This document shows positions 1-8,099 of a DNA stretch of 32,000 nucleotides, piece after piece (position 1 is the stretch's first letter; each line of letters starts with the position of its first letter). The translations under genes and the position numbers were made by a program. The DNA comes from Candidatus Nanosyncoccus sp. GTDB taxonomy: Bacteria > Patescibacteriota > Saccharimonadia > Saccharimonadales > Saccharimonadaceae. Location: assembly GCA_045597305.1 (NCBI GenBank), contig JAZLJF010000009.1:21891-53890 (forward strand), given 5' to 3'. The notes under the pieces were generated by a model. That model was not told where the DNA came from and did not search any database. It saw only the letters and a program-made list of their open reading frames with translations.

Positions 1-2
1 TT

Positions 3-1091
3 GCAAAAAGGGTAAATTCGTCGAAATTCAATAAGAGATCTTGGGAAGCGGCGATAAAAACTGGTGCTTTTGATAGGTTCGCTGATAGGTCCGATTTGCT
101 ATTTAACCTCGAGGCTATTCAAGCTTTTGGTACGAAATGCCAAAAAGATTTGACATCTGGTCAAACGGACCTTTTTGGTGCTTTTGGAGAGGCTGGTGCT
201 ATTCCAGAGCCAGAATTAAAATCTGCCCCTATGAAAGCATCAGAAAAAGAACAGCTTCTCTGGGAAAGAGATCTGATGGGGTTATATCTTTCGGCCCATC
301 CTTTAGATAAATATGATGTGTATTTTAATGAAAATACACACCCCATGGATCTTATCTCGACTGAAAATGACGGCAAAGTAGTCACGGTAGGCGGAATTAT
401 TACTGATGTCAGGACGATTCTGACAAAATCTGGTACTAAAATGGCGTTCGTAAAGATTGAAAATAAGGTGTCTGATACCGAGATTATTGTATTTCCTTCA
501 ATTTTTGAACAATATGGCGGAAAATTGGTGCAAGATAATGTGATTAAAGTTACAGGTAGAGTTAATGCAAGAGACAAAAATGGAAACATTACTCCTGAAG
601 CGAAGGTGTTAGCAGAGCAAATTGAGGTAATTTCGGATGAATTTCTAGAAAATTATCAAAGTACGGGTCAAAAACTTGCCGCTCCAGTGCTTGCTCCACA
701 GACGAAGAGAAATTACGGCAGTAAGAGTAAGGTTTCGGCCGAAAACGTCTCAAATGGCCGTTCTGGCGGCTCAGGCGTGAAATTTGACTCAAGAAATGGC
801 TCAAAAAACAATTATGAGGCTAATGCTACCCCTGTTGTGCCAAATACGCCGCCGAAAGACCCGAGAAAAGAACGCTTATATTGTCTAATAAAGGACCCGA
901 ATAATACAGAAGTACTATCCGAGATTAAACATCTTTGTGATTTAAACCCGGGCATGAAAGAAGTAGTTTTAGTTTTAGAGGAAAATTCCGACAAAACGCC
1001 ACTAAAAATGCCGTTTAAGATTGAATTATCAGATGAGCTGTTAGTTTCTTTGACGAAGTTATTAGGTGATGAGCAGGTCAAAGTTGCGTAG
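3..1091 (+). CDS. dnaE: DNA polymerase III alpha subunit, C-terminal part (5' end lies upstream of the window)
   Basis: Frame 3 is open from nt 3 (AKRVNSSKFNKRSWEAAIKTGAFDRF...). It continues with LLWERDLMGLYLSAHPLDKY and an OB-fold-like block (VTVGGIITDVRTILTKSGTKMAFVKIEN...IIVFP) typical of DnaE C-termini. Stop TAG at 1089-1091. Confidence 0.85.
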   Translation, partial: AKRVNSSKFNKRSWEAAIKTGAFDRFADRSDLLFNLEAIQAFGTKCQKDLTSGQTDLFGAFGEAGAIPEPELKSAPMKASEKEQLLWERDLMGLYLSAHPLDKYDVYFNENTHPMDLISTENDGKVVTVGGIITDVRTILTKSGTKMAFVKIENKVSDTEIIVFPSIFEQYGGKLVQDNVIKVTGRVNARDKNGNITPEAKVLAEQIEVISDEFLENYQSTGQKLAAPVLAPQTKRNYGSKSKVSAENVSNGRSGGSGVKFDSRNGSKNNYEANATPVVPNTPPKDPRKERLYCLIKDPNNTEVLSEIKHLCDLNPGMKEVVLVLEENSDKTPLKMPFKIELSDELLVSLTKLLGDEQVKVA

Positions 1092-1097
1092 CTAGAC

Positions 1098-1125
1098 TTG
1101 CCCTCTTTTGTAAAAGTGTTATAAT
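1098..1125 (+). promoter_or_regulatory. sigma70-type promoter (TTGCCC, 16 nt spacer, TGtTATAAT) placing the TSS on the ATG of the next gene
   Basis: -35 TTGCCC at 1098-1103 and extended -10 TGT TATAAT at 1117-1125. The ATG at 1132 is 7 nt after the -10, and there is no SD in between. Confidence 0.55.
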
Positions 1126-1131
1126 TTAAGT

Positions 1132-1641
1132 ATGGAAATAGTGTTATCCCTACACAATATCCGTTCAGTCTACAATGTGGGCGCTATTCTTAGGACGGCT
1201 GAAGGATTGGGGATAAATCATGTTGTATGTTCTGGATATACTCCTTGTGCTCTTGATCCGAATGCTTTACCTCATGTATCTGACAAAATTGCACGCCAGA
1301 TTGAAAAGACAGCACTTGGTGCGGAGAAGTTAGTTGATTTGCGTTGGTGTGAAGATCCGAGGATATTTTATCAATCTTATAAAGACAAAGGATATCAAAT
1401 TATCGGTCTTGAAAATCGGATTGATGATGGAAGGAAGTTCACGTTAGGCTCACCTGCACTTTTGAATAGATTACGAGATAAGGCAGTATTGATTCTTGGA
1501 GAAGAAGTCCAAGGCATTGACAAAAGTCTATATGATTTAGTAGATTTGTTTATCGAAATTCCGATGGTGGGGAAAAAGGAATCTTTCAATGTCTCGGTTG
1601 CAGCTGGTATTGCTCTGTATGCCTTGAAAACTGCATTTTGA
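1132..1641 (+). CDS. SpoU/TrmH-family RNA 2'-O-methyltransferase (minimal, 169 aa)
   Basis: N-terminal NIRSVYNVGAILRTAEGLG, then LILGEEVQGI and IEIPMVGKKESFNVSVAAGIALY, which are SpoU_methylase (SPOUT knot) motifs. Stop TGA at 1639-1641. Confidence 0.85.
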   Translation: MEIVLSLHNIRSVYNVGAILRTAEGLGINHVVCSGYTPCALDPNALPHVSDKIARQIEKTALGAEKLVDLRWCEDPRIFYQSYKDKGYQIIGLENRIDDGRKFTLGSPALLNRLRDKAVLILGEEVQGIDKSLYDLVDLFIEIPMVGKKESFNVSVAAGIALYALKTAF

Positions 1642-1658
1642 TTGGGGGATAATATCCG

Positions 1659-2996
1659 GTGGGAAACAACGCAGAAAAAACACGATATTATGCTTGTATA
1701 GATTTGAAATCATTTTATGCTTCTGTTGAATGTGTTGAAAGAGGACTAGATCCTTTAAGAGCTGATTTGGTAGTGGCTGATGTGAAACGAACGAGGGGGA
1801 CAGTATGCCTTGCAGTATCGCCATCACTGAAAGAAAAAGGCGTCAAGAATCGATGTCGACTTTTTCAAATTCCGAACAAAATACTCGATAAAACCATTAT
1901 CGCTCCACCTAGGATGCAAAAATATATTGATTATTCAGCTCGAATATATGGCGTCTATTTGAATTACATTTCAAAAGATGATATATTTCCTTATTCTGTT
2001 GACGAGGTTTTTATTGATCTTACAAGCTATCTCAAGCTATACAAGAAGACACCTCGGGAGATGGTTAAATTTTTGATGGATGAAGTATGTAACAAAATCG
2101 GTGTTAGAGCGACAGCAGGTGTTGGAACGAATATGTATCTTGCAAAAATTGCGCTAGATATTCTTGCAAAGCATTCGGATGATTATATTGGCGAGCTGAC
2201 AGAAGCGACGTTTAAGGCGAAATTATGGGATTACACTCCGATATCGGATTTTTGGAGGATTGGTCCGGGCACTGCGAAAAAATTGGCCGATCACCGAATT
2301 TTTACGATGCATGATATAGCCATAGCGGATAAAAATATACTTTACCAAGTGTTTGGTATAGATGCAGAATTACTGATTGATCATGCATGGGGTCGTGAGC
2401 CAGTGACGATTGCAGATGTAAAAAAATATAAGCCAAAAAGCCAAAGCATTTCACAAGGTCAAGTTCTACCCAGGGACTACAATGCTGATGAGACAGCTTT
2501 GGTAGTTCGAGAAATGATGCGGGATATAATGTTACGTTGCACAAAAGAAAATAAATCTGCTACCTCAGTATCTTTGACGATAGTGCCGAGTTATAAAGAA
2601 AAATTGAAGGATTTTAGCGAGTATGAATTACGCAAGTCCGAAAATTACTTATCAGGCTCTATGCAACTAAATGGAGATCCGATCAAGGTGGTTTCTGCGC
2701 TTTTTGATAAGATTGTAGATAAAGAATTATCGTATAGACGAATCTATCTTAATCTTGGAAAACTATCTGATAAAGCGGATAAGATATTGGTTCAAAAACA
2801 TATGTTTAACGAGCTATTTCCAGAGGAAAAAAATAGGCAGAAGATGATGGACGAAAACGAAAAAATTGAAGATGCTATCATTAAAATTCGTGAAAAACAT
2901 GGAAAATCTGCCATCATGACAGCGGAGGATCTTGAGGAGGCTGGAACAACTATAGCACGTAATAAAATGATTGGAGGACATCAAGCAAATGTCTAA
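1659..2996 (+). CDS. Y-family (UmuC/UvrX/DinB-like) translesion DNA polymerase
   Basis: GTG start. N-terminal YACIDLKSFYASVECVERGLDP...LVVAD...VCLAVS and SVDEVFIDLT match the palm motifs of the ImpB/MucB/SamB family. 445 aa. Confidence 0.85.
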   Translation: MGNNAEKTRYYACIDLKSFYASVECVERGLDPLRADLVVADVKRTRGTVCLAVSPSLKEKGVKNRCRLFQIPNKILDKTIIAPPRMQKYIDYSARIYGVYLNYISKDDIFPYSVDEVFIDLTSYLKLYKKTPREMVKFLMDEVCNKIGVRATAGVGTNMYLAKIALDILAKHSDDYIGELTEATFKAKLWDYTPISDFWRIGPGTAKKLADHRIFTMHDIAIADKNILYQVFGIDAELLIDHAWGREPVTIADVKKYKPKSQSISQGQVLPRDYNADETALVVREMMRDIMLRCTKENKSATSVSLTIVPSYKEKLKDFSEYELRKSENYLSGSMQLNGDPIKVVSALFDKIVDKELSYRRIYLNLGKLSDKADKILVQKHMFNELFPEEKNRQKMMDENEKIEDAIIKIREKHGKSAIMTAEDLEEAGTTIARNKMIGGHQANV

Positions 2997-3165
2997 TTTG
3001 AATAAAATGTCGCTCGGTAAAATGCCGATTTCGCAAAGAGCGAAACAATTTTTGCCATTTTCTAGCCTAAATGGTCTAGAAGATGCATATCTGAAAAAAG
3101 AGTGGGAAATAGAATCAAGACAAAAGATGAAAGACAGAATTTGGAAAATCGAGAATGACGAGTGA
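2989..3165 (+). CDS. Small protein translationally coupled to the Y-family polymerase; candidate YolD-like/UmuD-surrogate accessory factor
   Basis: ATG 2989 overlaps the polymerase stop (ATGTCTAA) and GGAGGA at 2973-2978 serves as SD. The track start at 2971 is also possible. The peptide RAKQFLPFSSLNGLEDAYLKKE resembles small partners of Firmicute Y-polymerases; this is from memory and was not searched. Confidence 0.45.
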   Translation: MSNLNKMSLGKMPISQRAKQFLPFSSLNGLEDAYLKKEWEIESRQKMKDRIWKIENDE

Positions 3166-3168
3166 ATT

Positions 3169-3197
3169 TTTGCCTAATATACCCAATTATAGTATAA
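3169..3197 (+). promoter_or_regulatory. sigma70-type promoter for leuS (TTGCCT-17-TATAAT)
   Basis: -35 at 3169-3174, 17-nt spacer, -10 TATAAT at 3192-3197, then AAGAGGA SD before ATG 3240. Confidence 0.6.
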
Positions 3198-3239
3198 TAG
3201 TAGAAATTAATCGTGTGGAATAGGTAAAAAGAGGAAAAC

Positions 3240-5684
3240 ATGGATCGTTATAATCCGCAAAAAATAGAGAAAAAATGGCAAGATAAATGGGAGAAAGAGG
3301 AGACTTTTCGTGCTGTGTCGGAAGGCAATGTTTTGCCTGAAAATCCTGATGCTCCAAAGATGTTTTTGGCGGAAATGTTCCCTTATCCATCCGGTGCAGG
3401 ATTACATGTAGGCCACGTGCGTAATTTTACCATTGTAGATGTTTTGGCTCGATTCTACACGCAACAGCAAATGAATGTGCTTCGTCCATTTGGCTATGAT
3501 ACTTTTGGCTTGCCGGCTGAAAATTACGCTATAAAGACTGGCATTTCTCCACAAGAAGCGACGAAGACGAATATTGCTAATTTCCGCAAACAATTAAAGC
3601 GTCTTGGTTATGCGATTGATTGGTCACGCGAAATAAATACATCTGACCCAGAATATTACCGTTGGACTCAATGGTGCTTCTTGCAACTCTACAAAAAGGG
3701 TCTTGCTTATCGCAAAGAGAGTTATCAGTGGTGGTGTCCTGTAGATCAGACTGTACTTGCGAACGAACAGGTAGAAAATGGCTGTTGTTGGCGCTGTGGT
3801 CATGAAGTCGAAAAGAAGAATATGAAACAGTGGTTTTTCAAAATTACTGATTATGCCGATGAATTATTAGCTGATATTGACGGACTAAATTGGCCTGAAA
3901 AGATCAAGACAATGCAGAGAAACTGGATTGGCAGAAGTGAAGGCGCTGAAATTGAATTCGAAGTCGATGGATTCGAAAAGACCTATATTAAGGTTTTCAC
4001 TACGCGTCCAGACACGGTTTTCGGGGCGACTTTCCTTGTGCTTGCGCCTGAGCATCAAATGATAAAAGATCTAGTCAATGATAAGACTCGTGCTGAGGTG
4101 GAAAAGTATCAGTCAAATGCTCTTAAAAAGTCCGAAATTGAACGTCAAGAGAACAAAGAAAAAACAGGTGTTTTCACAGGATCATATGTAATAAATCCTG
4201 CGACTGGAGAGAAAATCCCTGTTTGGGTATCTGACTATGTCTTAATGGGCTATGGTGAAGGTGCAATTATGGCTGTCCCTGCGCATGACGAGCGTGATTA
4301 CGATTTCGCGACTAAATTTGAGCTTCCAATAAAAGAAGTAATTGAAAAACCAGAGAACATTTCAGATGATGATAAATGCTATCATGGTGAAGGAAAACTA
4401 ATTAATTCTGGACACTTAAATGGTACGGATTCTTCCGAAGCGCGAGAATTGGTAGTAAATTGGCTTTCGCAACAGGGCGTCGGAAAGCAAAGAGTTACAT
4501 ACAAGATGCGTGATTGGCTAATATCTCGTCAACGATACTGGGGTTGTCCTATTCCAATTGCTTATGACGAAGACGGAAATGAATATCCAATTCCTGAAGA
4601 TCAGCTTCCAGTTATGATCCCAGAGGTAGAAGATTATAAGCCTGATAATACGGGTCGAAGTGCTCTTGCTAAGGCAGAAGATTGGCTCCATTTTGAGATG
4701 GAAGTTGAGGACAAAAATACTGGCAAAAAAGTCAAGAAGAAATTACTACGTGAAACTGATACGTTAGACGGATATGCATGCTCTTCTTGGTATCTTTGGC
4801 GCTATACCTCTCCGTCCAATAAAGGCGCAGCTTGGGACAAGGATGCAATATCGTACTGGGCTCCGACAGATGTTTATGTTGGCGCGGATCATGCTGTCGC
4901 GCATCTTCTTTATATCAGATTTTGGTGTAAATTCTTTGCCGATGAAGGCTATCTTCCATTTCGTGAGCCAGTGAAAACTTTGCTTTATAACGGGTATATC
5001 AATGCCCCAGACGGCAAGAAAATGAGTAAAAGCAAGGGTAATGTGATCGACCCACTTGATGTTATTGATCAAGGATACGGAGCTGATACACTGCGTACAT
5101 ACGAAATGTTTATCGGGCCGTATGACCAAGATGCTGCATGGGATCCAAAATCTGTCGGTGGCGTTTATCGATTCTTGAATCGTTGCTGGACTCTTTGTTT
5201 TGATGAAAATTTGCAAGATAAGAATGCAAGTAACGAGAAAAATCGCCTTATCCGTCATAAAACCATTAAAAAGGTATCTGATGATATCTATAGACACAAT
5301 TTCAATACTGCAGTCTCTTCACTGATGGAATATGTCAACGTACTTTACAAAGAAAAAGCGTCAATTGAGGATATTATTACGCTCGCGAAATTGATCAAAC
5401 CATTTGCTCCTCATCTAGCTTGTGAAATGCTGGAAAAAATGGAATCTGATGACGTTTGGCCAACTTGGGAAGAAAAATATCTTGTGTCTGATGACGTTGA
5501 AGTGGTAGTGCAGGTCAATGGTAAACTACGTGCAAAACTCTCTGTAAGCAAAGATGACCTTGAAGATCAAGCAAAGATAGAAAAACTTGCGCTTTCGGAT
5601 GATAATGTTAAGAAATACGTCGCTGATAATATGAAGAAGATTATTTTCGTGAAGCAAGCAAAGCTTATAAATATCGTTGCCTAA
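3240..5684 (+). CDS. leuS: Leucyl-tRNA synthetase
   Basis: HIGH-type motif PYPSGAGLHVGHVRN, KMSKS motif KMSKSKGN, and a Cys cluster WWCPVD...GCCWRCGH. 814 aa. Confidence 0.97.
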   Translation: MDRYNPQKIEKKWQDKWEKEETFRAVSEGNVLPENPDAPKMFLAEMFPYPSGAGLHVGHVRNFTIVDVLARFYTQQQMNVLRPFGYDTFGLPAENYAIKTGISPQEATKTNIANFRKQLKRLGYAIDWSREINTSDPEYYRWTQWCFLQLYKKGLAYRKESYQWWCPVDQTVLANEQVENGCCWRCGHEVEKKNMKQWFFKITDYADELLADIDGLNWPEKIKTMQRNWIGRSEGAEIEFEVDGFEKTYIKVFTTRPDTVFGATFLVLAPEHQMIKDLVNDKTRAEVEKYQSNALKKSEIERQENKEKTGVFTGSYVINPATGEKIPVWVSDYVLMGYGEGAIMAVPAHDERDYDFATKFELPIKEVIEKPENISDDDKCYHGEGKLINSGHLNGTDSSEARELVVNWLSQQGVGKQRVTYKMRDWLISRQRYWGCPIPIAYDEDGNEYPIPEDQLPVMIPEVEDYKPDNTGRSALAKAEDWLHFEMEVEDKNTGKKVKKKLLRETDTLDGYACSSWYLWRYTSPSNKGAAWDKDAISYWAPTDVYVGADHAVAHLLYIRFWCKFFADEGYLPFREPVKTLLYNGYINAPDGKKMSKSKGNVIDPLDVIDQGYGADTLRTYEMFIGPYDQDAAWDPKSVGGVYRFLNRCWTLCFDENLQDKNASNEKNRLIRHKTIKKVSDDIYRHNFNTAVSSLMEYVNVLYKEKASIEDIITLAKLIKPFAPHLACEMLEKMESDDVWPTWEEKYLVSDDVEVVVQVNGKLRAKLSVSKDDLEDQAKIEKLALSDDNVKKYVADNMKKIIFVKQAKLINIVA

Positions 5685-5821
5685 ATTCACTACCATTACA
5701 TACGCATTGGATGTATGCGACGGCTGCGTCTATGATATTACCGACACGTTGATAAACGATGACTATTTGATGCTACTATCAAAGAAGAATGCGATTGATG
5801 AAGCTTTGAATCTGTAAAATT

Positions 5822-5847
5822 AAAGGCGTGTTTTATCACGCCTTTTT
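5822..5847 (+). terminator. Rho-independent terminator ending the leuS unit
   Basis: AAAGGCGTG / CACGCCTTT 9-bp stem, 6-nt loop, T-run at 5843-5847. It lies 138 nt after the leuS stop. Confidence 0.8.
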
Positions 5848-5865
5848 AATTAGGCTGGATTTCAC

Positions 5866-5894
5866 TTGTCAGAATACGATTTTTGTGATAAACT
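5866..5894 (+). promoter_or_regulatory. sigma70-type promoter for rpmF-nusB (TTGTCA-17-TGaTAAACT)
   Basis: -35 TTGTCA at 5866-5871, 17-nt spacer ending in TGA, -10 TAAACT at 5889-5894. Confidence 0.55.
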
Positions 5895-5927
5895 AATACA
5901 AATTTATATTATTAAACGGAGCATAAA

Positions 5928-6137
5928 ATGCCTGAACCTAAAAAACAGAGTAGTGCTCGTAAGACCGGACTACGCCGTAGCCACTTACGTTTGAAACTTG
6001 CTCGTGCAGTTAACAAAAAATCGCCTGTCAAGGCTTTTGAAACGAAGAAATCAACTCCTCGTCTAAAGGTTAAAACTACACGCCCTGCAGTAAAAGCTAC
6101 TAAAAAATCAACTAAATCAGTAAAGAAGAGTAAATAA
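5928..6137 (+). CDS. rpmF: Ribosomal protein L32 (Cys-less form with Lys-rich tail)
   Basis: N-terminal PEPKKQSSARKTGLRRSH matches the L32 signature (VPKrktSk...RRsH). There is no CxxC pair, and the C-terminus is basic. Confidence 0.65.
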   Translation: MPEPKKQSSARKTGLRRSHLRLKLARAVNKKSPVKAFETKKSTPRLKVKTTRPAVKATKKSTKSVKKSK

Positions 6138-6667
6138 TGGCAAGTAATCGGCACCTCGGTAGAATTATTTCGCTACAAAGCTTGTATGAATACGAGTTTC
6201 GCGAGAAGGCGGGCGATACAGAAGCCGATCTTAATACTATTATTGCTAAAAACATTGAGCCATACGAAAAAGCTCTCGGAGATACAGAGTTTGTATATCA
6301 GTTAACAACTGGTGTAATGGAAAAAGCTAAATCTCTCGACGAAGATCTAAAACCATTGGCTCCAGAATGGCCAATTAGTTCAATTGCGGCGATCGATAGA
6401 AATGTCCTTCGCATAGGACTTTTTGAGCTAAAATATTGCGGAGATAAGGTTCCGCCAAAGGTTGCTATTAACGAAGCTGTGGAACTTGCAAAAGCGTTCG
6501 GTTCCGAGAATTCGTCAAGATTTATTAATGGAGTGCTTGGGACTGCATTTCGACAGATAAATCCGGAAGCTGCCACTAAGGATAATAATGAAATATCAAT
6601 CAAAACAGAAGACGGGCAAAGAGCAGAAGCAGACGATAAAGCGGCAATCGATAAATCAGAAGCCTAA
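6137..6667 (+). CDS. nusB: Transcription antitermination factor NusB
   Basis: ISLQSLYEYEF, IDRNVLRIGLFELKY, PPKVAINEAVELAKAFG and RFINGVLG. The start overlaps the rpmF stop (TAATG). Confidence 0.9.
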   Translation: MASNRHLGRIISLQSLYEYEFREKAGDTEADLNTIIAKNIEPYEKALGDTEFVYQLTTGVMEKAKSLDEDLKPLAPEWPISSIAAIDRNVLRIGLFELKYCGDKVPPKVAINEAVELAKAFGSENSSRFINGVLGTAFRQINPEAATKDNNEISIKTEDGQRAEADDKAAIDKSEA

Positions 6668-7265
6668 TCAGACGAATCAGCTAAGTAGATCTGCTAGAAT
6701 AAACTACAAAAAACCTGATTTAACCTATCGTAGTCCGAAAGGTACCCTAAAGATTCCAGAGGCGCTACCTACAAAGGAGTATAAAGAATCAGCTTTTTCT
6801 CGTATTTTTCATAAAAAACCGGCAATTCAAGAAATTGTTCGTGAGCCAACTTCTGGTGGTATTGTTTTTCGTATGACTCCAGACCAACACGATATTGAGA
6901 TTTTACTGATTCAAGATTCAAAAAATCGATGGACTATTCCAAAAGGGCACATTGAGCCTGGTGAAACAGCGAAGCAAACTGCGATTCGTGAGATAGGAGA
7001 AGAGTCTGGGCTTCATCATGTGCGCGTTCTAACTTGGCTTGGGAAAATACATTTCAAATATCGCCGCCAGGATAAGCTAGTATTAATGACGACACAAATT
7101 TATTTAGTTCGCGCTTTAGATAACCATGAAAAGCCGCAAAAAGAGAAGTGGATGAATGGCATTAAATGGTTCAAATTCAGTGATGCTATTGACGCGGTAG
7201 AATATGAAGACATCGAAAAATTAATGCTCATTGCACGAAAAAAGATTCGTTCAGGTGAATTTTAA
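6588..7265 (+). CDS. NUDIX hydrolase with a basic ~85-aa N-terminal extension (start uncertain)
   Basis: Nudix box GHIEPGETAKQTAIREIGEESGL. The only canonical start upstream of the fold is ATG 6588 (AAGGA SD 5 nt upstream), which overlaps nusB by 80 nt. Confidence 0.75.
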   Translation: MKYQSKQKTGKEQKQTIKRQSINQKPNQTNQLSRSARINYKKPDLTYRSPKGTLKIPEALPTKEYKESAFSRIFHKKPAIQEIVREPTSGGIVFRMTPDQHDIEILLIQDSKNRWTIPKGHIEPGETAKQTAIREIGEESGLHHVRVLTWLGKIHFKYRRQDKLVLMTTQIYLVRALDNHEKPQKEKWMNGIKWFKFSDAIDAVEYEDIEKLMLIARKKIRSGEF

Positions 7266-7307
7266 CGTCGTATACCGGCTACACAATATTTATCTTGAAG
7301 GAGGAAA

Positions 7308-8030
7308 ATGAATAGAGAAGAAAAAGATTTATATCAGAAGTTTGCAAAAGAAAAGCTAGGTTTTGAGTTTAATAATATTGAGCTTTTAATTACGGCTTTG
7401 ACACACCGAAGCTATATAAATGAGCACAAAAATGCAAAAATCGAACATAATGAACGTCTGGAATTTCTTGGCGATGCGGTGCTAGAACTAGTTTCTTCAG
7501 ACTTTCTGTTTAAGAATTATAAAGAGCCAGAAGGAATCATGACGGCATGGCGAAGTGCGCTTGTACGAACAGAATCTATTGGCGCAGCAGGTGAGGCTTT
7601 GGGATATGAACCTCTAGTCAGACTCTCTCATGGAGAAAAAATGGATTCGGCAAGAGCGCATGCCGTCATTCTAGCCGATTGTTTTGAAGCCGTGATTGGT
7701 GCAATCTACCTTGATCAAGGATACGATGAAGCGAAGAAATTCATAGAGAAACACATTCTAGTGAAAATTGACCAAATTTTAGACGATGAATCTTGGCGCG
7801 ATCCAAAGTCCTATTTCCAGGAGCTTGCGCAGCACTATGATGGGATTACCCCACTTTACCAGGTTATAAAGGAAGAAGGACCGGATCATGATAAGGTGTT
7901 TACTGTTGGAGCATATGTAGGTCGACAGTTAAAAGGCGTTGGAAGTGGTTATTCAAAGCAAGAAGCGCAAGGCGAAGCCGCAAGAGAAGGCGTCAAAAAA
8001 TACCGCGCGGAGCACCCAAAGCAAGCATAG
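7308..8030 (+). CDS. rnc: Ribonuclease III
   Basis: ALTHRSY, the NERLEFLGDAVLELV catalytic signature, and a C-terminal dsRBD (DPKSYFQELAQ...FTVGAYV). AAGGAGG SD. Confidence 0.95.
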   Translation: MNREEKDLYQKFAKEKLGFEFNNIELLITALTHRSYINEHKNAKIEHNERLEFLGDAVLELVSSDFLFKNYKEPEGIMTAWRSALVRTESIGAAGEALGYEPLVRLSHGEKMDSARAHAVILADCFEAVIGAIYLDQGYDEAKKFIEKHILVKIDQILDDESWRDPKSYFQELAQHYDGITPLYQVIKEEGPDHDKVFTVGAYVGRQLKGVGSGYSKQEAQGEAAREGVKKYRAEHPKQA

Positions 8031-8067
8031 TATAGCGAAATGGATGCAACACTAAAAAGCCTAAACA

Positions 8068-8096
8068 TTGACTTTTAGGCTAAAGTGTGGTATATT
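8068..8096 (+). promoter_or_regulatory. Strong sigma70-type promoter (TTGACT-17-TGgTATATT) for the orphan 2-gene cassette
   Basis: -35 at 8068-8073, 17-nt spacer, TGG + TATATT at 8088-8096. The -35 sits in the loop of hairpin 8058-8081. Confidence 0.65.
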
Positions 8097-8099
8097 GTA

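Noticed and set aside
161-1081. Three minus-strand ORFs (161-589, 589-804, 812-1081) opposite dnaE
   Set aside because: They lie entirely antisense to a well-supported conserved CDS. Their composition is low-complexity (Ser/Phe/Leu-rich), and I see no SD or promoter. These are typical shadow ORFs.
1639-1641. Alternative genetic code (UGA recoded, as in some CPR lineages such as Gracilibacteria/SR1)
   Set aside because: TGA terminates the SpoU gene (1639-1641) and the small polymerase partner (3163-3165) at sensible lengths. All conserved genes are full length under code 11.
3198-3239. T-box or other riboswitch leader upstream of leuS
   Set aside because: The predicted 5' UTR is only about 35-40 nt, too short for a T-box. 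No specifier or antiterminator structure is visible.
4764-5297. 177-aa minus-strand ORF and 66-aa plus-strand ORF inside leuS
   Set aside because: They overlap the conserved KMSKS region of leuS in other frames. They have no initiation signals and no recognisable motifs.
5707-5817. 37-codon open frame (LDVCDGCVYDITDTLINDDYLMLLSKKNAIDEALNL) between the leuS stop and its terminator
   Set aside because: There is only a TTG or an internal late ATG as a start, no SD upstream, and no recognisable family. It is more likely just a long 3' UTR. It would only be worth revisiting if Ribo-seq or conservation supports it.
8058-8081. Hairpin AGCCTAAA...TTTAGGCT considered as the rnc terminator
   Set aside because: There is no T-tract after it on the plus strand; the A-tract is upstream. 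Its loop contains the -35 box of the next promoter, and I found no minus-strand promoter that it could serve. It may still pause or terminate weakly, but I cannot support a terminator call.
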